A stretch of DNA of 64,000 nucleotides, taken from Candidatus Delongbacteria bacterium (GTDB lineage Bacteria > CAIWAD01). The stretch covers positions 173,429 to 237,428 of the forward strand of contig JACKCN010000003.1 of assembly GCA_020634015.1 (NCBI GenBank), given 5' to 3'. The notes under the pieces were generated by a model. That model was not told where the DNA came from and made no database searches. It was given only the letters and a program-made list of their open reading frames with translations. Of this stretch, positions 61,010 to 64,000 are shown piece by piece. The number at the start of each line of letters is the position of its first letter. Position 1 is the first letter of the stretch. The translations under genes and the position numbers were made by a program.

Positions 61010-61880
61010 CGCGCGAATCCTCGCGTGTCGCGCGGCTGAGCCTTCCATCCTCACGCAGAACAAGGGCGCCTTCGTCGTCCGTGATCACCCGCAGTTCGTG
61101 AATCTTCGATCCAGGTGTGTCCGTGTGATCCACACGCAGACTGCGCAGCGCTCCGCCGAACGCGAGGCCGAGATTCTCCGCGGTGAAGGTTTCCTGCGTG
61201 GGGCCAGCGGCCAGCACGGTGCGGTTGATGATCACCACCTGATCGCAGAATCCGGGCACGGCGCCCAGATCGTGGGTGGAGACGAGAATGATGTGTCCGT
61301 CGGCGCGCAGCTGCCGCAGCAGGTCGATGATCGCGGTTTCGGTGCTGACGTCCACGCCGGTGAAGGGTTCGTCCAGCAACATGATGCGTCCCTCCTGAGC
61401 CAGTGCGCGGGCGAGAAAGACGCGCTTCTTCTGCCCACCGGAGAGTTCGCCGATCTGGCGTTCGCGAAACTCGGCCATGCCGACCCTCTCCAGGCTCTCG
61501 AGGGCGATCCGTCTGTCATGCGCCCTGGGCATGCGGAGGAAGTTCATGTGCCCGTAGCGGCCCATCAGCACGACATCCCAGACACTGACGGGAAAGGCCC
61601 AGTCCACATCCTCGGATTGGGGAACGTAGGCCACCCAGTTGTTGCGGAGCGCTTCCTTCACGGGGCGCCCGGCAATGAGCACACTGCCCGTGACCGGTTT
61701 CACGAACCCCATGATCGACTTGAACAGGGTGGACTTTCCACTCCCGTTGACCCCCACCAGCCCGCAGATCGTGCCGGACCTCAACTCGAATCCGGCATCG
61801 TGGAGCGCCACGTGGCCATTGGTGTAGGCCACGGTCAGATCACGCACGGTCAGCTGCATGTCCCGCACTTCATCGGGCAT
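61002..61880 (-). CDS. metal ABC transporter ATP-binding protein
   Basis: Walker A '[13 protein letters not shown]', signature '[12 protein letters not shown]' and Walker B '[12 protein letters not shown]'. Confidence 0.88.
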   Translation of the reverse strand: MPDEVRDMQLTVRDLTVAYTNGHVALHDAGFELRSGTICGLVGVNGSGKSTLFKSIMGFVKPVTGSVLIAGRPVKEALRNNWVAYVPQSEDVDWAFPVSVWDVVLMGRYGHMNFLRMPRAHDRRIALESLERVGMAEFRERQIGELSGGQKKRVFLARALAQEGRIMLLDEPFTGVDVSTETAIIDLLRQLRADGHIILVSTHDLGAVPGFCDQVVIINRTVLAAGPTQETFTAENLGLAFGGALRSLRVDHTDTPGSKIHELRVITDDEGALVLREDGRLSRATREDSRDA

Positions 61881-61901
61881 CCGTCTTCCTTCCGAATGGG
61901 T

Positions 61902-62843
61902 TCAGCGTGCCTGGTCGAAACCGGACACGATGACTCCGGCGTTGTAGGTGAGCATTCTGAGGTAGGTGGGCGCGGGCCCGCTCTCGTCCGTGAGCGAATC
62001 CACGTACAGCACCCCGCCGTAACGCGCGCCTGTCTCCTGACACACTTCGCGCTGAGCCTTGTCGCTGATCGTGCTCTCGGAGAACACCACGGGAATGCGG
62101 AAGCGGCGAATGGTGTCCACCACCTTGCGAATCTGTTGCGGAGTGCCCTCCGCATCGGCGTTGACCGGCCACAGGAAAAGCTCCTGCATGTCGTAGTCCC
62201 GCGCCAGATAGGAGAAGGCACCCTCGCAGGTCACCAGCCAGCGTTGATCGGTGGGTATTCCGGACAGTGTCGCGCGCAGCGGTGCGTCAATCGCCAGGAT
62301 CCTGGCACTGTATGCGTCGGCGTTGGTCGCATAGGCGACGGCATTTTCAGGATCGATCTCCGTCAGTGCCTTGCGAATGTTCTCCACATAGATCAGCGCA
62401 TTGGCCGGGGACATCCAGGCGTGCGGATTGGGTTTGCCGTTGTAAGGCCCTTCCCCGATTCCGATCGGTTCGACGCCCTGGCTGCAATCCATGCTCTTCA
62501 CATCGCGAAGGGAGCCCATGAACTTCTCGAACCAGCGTTCCAGCCCCATGCCATTGCGCAGCACCAGATCCGCGGATTGAGCCTTCACGATATCCAGCGG
62601 CGTGGGCTCGTACTCGTGGATTTCGGCTCCGGGTTTCGTGATCGATTCCACCACCGCCTTGTCGCCCGCGACATTGCTCGCGATGTCCGCCAGAATGGTG
62701 AAGGTGGTCACGACACGCTTCTTTCCGTCGGTCTTGCGTTCGGCGGGGCGCTGGCATCCAGCTGCTCCGATCAGACAGACGCCGAGCAGGAACCCCAGCA
62801 GACACAGCCTTTTCGGCCACTTTCGTGACTGTGTGAATCGCAT
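61902..62843 (-). CDS. metal ABC transporter substrate-binding lipoprotein (cluster A-I, ZnuA/MntC/TroA-like)
   Basis: Lipobox IGAAGC. The 'HEYEPTP' and 'NPHAWMSP' metal-coordinating His motifs are typical of TroA-like SBPs. Another start lies at 62855. Confidence 0.85.
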   Translation of the reverse strand: MRFTQSRKWPKRLCLLGFLLGVCLIGAAGCQRPAERKTDGKKRVVTTFTILADIASNVAGDKAVVESITKPGAEIHEYEPTPLDIVKAQSADLVLRNGMGLERWFEKFMGSLRDVKSMDCSQGVEPIGIGEGPYNGKPNPHAWMSPANALIYVENIRKALTEIDPENAVAYATNADAYSARILAIDAPLRATLSGIPTDQRWLVTCEGAFSYLARDYDMQELFLWPVNADAEGTPQQIRKVVDTIRRFRIPVVFSESTISDKAQREVCQETGARYGGVLYVDSLTDESGPAPTYLRMLTYNAGVIVSGFDQAR

Positions 62844-62853
62844 CTCGGTCCTC

Positions 62854-62901
62854 ATGCTTGATAATTAGCCAAGCATAACAATAAAATTAGCCTGAGCAAA
62901 T
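62854..62901. promoter_or_regulatory. tandem DtxR/MntR-type operator-like palindromes in divergent promoter
   Basis: The palindrome ATGCTTGATAATTAGCCAAGCAT (62854-62876) and a second half-site repeat AAATTAGCCTGAGCAAAT (62884-62901) both contain the TTAGCC core of DtxR/IdeR boxes. They lie between the divergent SBP and regulator genes in an AT-rich island. Confidence 0.5.
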
Positions 62902-62990
62902 CATGCGTGCGAACGCCGACAATGCGATCCTGATGCAGGCATCCGATGGAACAGGGTCCGGGAATGGGCGGGCAAGGAAGGGCATACCTG

Positions 62991-63647
62991 ATGAGCGAAT
63001 CGACCGAGAATTACATCAAGGCCATCCAGACGCTCGAGTTGCGCTACGGGCAGGCCTCCACCAACGAGATCGCGCGGGCACTCTCCGTGACCATGCCTTC
63101 GGTCACACGCATGGTGAAACGGCTTGCCGCCGAAGGCCTGATCGAGCACGAGCCCTACAGGGGAGCCGTCCTGTCGGAGAAGGGCAGACGATTCGCGAAT
63201 GCCGTGCTGCGGCGTCATCGACTGATCGAGCTCTTCCTGCATCAGGTGCTCTCTGTCCCCTGGGACGAGGTCCATGAGTACGCGGATCGCCTGGAGCACG
63301 CCATCGGTGACGATCTCACCGGGAAGATTGACGCCTTCCTCGGCTACCCCGACCACGACCCACACGGCTCGAGGATTCCCCGGGCGGACGCGTCTGCGCT
63401 CACGATCCAGGGAATCGCCCTGGACCAGGTGGAATCGGGATCACGGGTCCGGTTGCTGGAGGTTCCGGATGAGGATTCCGAACTGCTGCGCCTGCTGGAC
63501 AGCTGGAAGCTGGGCATCGGCAGCGTGGTGCTGGTGGAGGACAATTCGCGCTTGCTGGACGCCGTCACATTGCGGACTGAATTCGCGCAGGTCGCACTGG
63601 GCAGGCGTGTGGCGAGCTTGATTCGTGTGGAGAGGGTGGAAAGCTGA
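62991..63647 (+). CDS. DtxR/MntR family metal-dependent transcriptional repressor with C-terminal FeoA/SH3-like domain
   Basis: The wHTH 'STNEIARALSVTMPSVTRMVKRLAAEGLIE', the metal-site helix 'RRHRLIELFL...EVHEYADRLEH', and a C-terminal FeoA-like 'SRVRLLEV...LGIGSVVLVE'. The start is the in-frame ATG in track ORF 62946..63647. Confidence 0.85.
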   Translation: MSESTENYIKAIQTLELRYGQASTNEIARALSVTMPSVTRMVKRLAAEGLIEHEPYRGAVLSEKGRRFANAVLRRHRLIELFLHQVLSVPWDEVHEYADRLEHAIGDDLTGKIDAFLGYPDHDPHGSRIPRADASALTIQGIALDQVESGSRVRLLEVPDEDSELLRLLDSWKLGIGSVVLVEDNSRLLDAVTLRTEFAQVALGRRVASLIRVERVES

Positions 63648-63826
63648 GAGAGCCGCTGCGACGCTCATGGGATCACTCGCTTCCCAGCCAGTGAGGGAGC
63701 GACGTACGGCAGTCTCACAGCCGGCAAGCGCAACGCATCGTTGGGTGCAGTCGGCTCGGCGGTGGCACGCTTGGCCCCGGACAGGAGAGAAAAAGTCCGC
63801 ATCGCTGCGAACTTTTGAGACTCAAG

Positions 63827-63898
63827 CTCCTGAGGAGGGATTTGAACCCCCAACCTAGTGGTTAACAGCCACCCGCTCTACCATTGAGCTACTCAGGA
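63827..63898 (-). tRNA. tRNA-Asn (anticodon GTT)
   Basis: The reverse complement folds as a cloverleaf: acceptor TCCTGAG/CTCAGGA, D-arm GCTC-AATGGTA-GAGC, anticodon stem-loop GGTGG-CTGTTAA-CCACT, T-arm GGGGG-TTCAAAT-CCCTC. The discriminator is G, and no CCA is encoded. Confidence 0.8.
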
Positions 63899-64000
63899 AA
63901 AAACGCCGTTCTGGCGCAAGGGCCGGAGTATAATGCCGGAGAGTGGCAAAGTCAAGCCTGCGCCTGCGGGTCGGCGCAAGTGTCTGTCCGCTTCCTGGCG

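Overview
This is a high-GC (~65%) bacterial chromosomal window. Coding density is high, ATGA/TGATG start-stop overlaps between genes are frequent, and rho-independent terminators lack clear U-tracts. Two proteins carry T9SS-type C-terminal sorting domains, which suggests an FCB-group-related, Gemmatimonadota-like or candidate-phylum lineage; the lineage is not certain. Left to right the window holds: a type-B succinate:quinone oxidoreductase operon sdhCAB (minus strand); an oxidative-stress and detoxification set (Fe/Mn SOD, two glyoxalase/VOC proteins, GNAT, NTF2-like lipoproteins, Bcp-Fpg, threonine aldolase); gluconeogenic pckA with an aminotransferase; a large MscK-like membrane protein that has a C-terminal P-loop NTPase in place of the channel domain, followed directly by a stand-alone MscS gene; a secreted-enzyme cluster (B12-radical SAM, AGE-family protein with T9SS sorting domain, triple-PPC-repeat protein, GH-A glycoside hydrolase, multicopper oxidase with T9SS sorting domain); a ~12.5 kb low-GC defence island (44.6-57.1 kb, all on the minus strand); and a metal-homeostasis block (ZIP transporter, NifX-like/DUF134 pair, Mn/Zn-type ABC importer under a divergent DtxR/MntR regulator with tandem operator-like palindromes). 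A tRNA-Asn lies at the window end. The defence island is built on a type I restriction-modification system (hsdM, hsdS, hsdR) and carries two extra Bergerat-fold ATPase genes inside the operon, plus downstream DUF45/HhH/ASCH genes. One extra gene is a GHKL ATPase with a likely PD-(D/E)xK nuclease tail, in the PrrC-like slot between hsdS and hsdR. The other is a zinc-deaminase fused to an HATPase_c_4 wHTH module, between hsdM and hsdS. This pair is the strongest candidate for an undescribed system in the window. No CRISPR array, transposase or integrase was seen.
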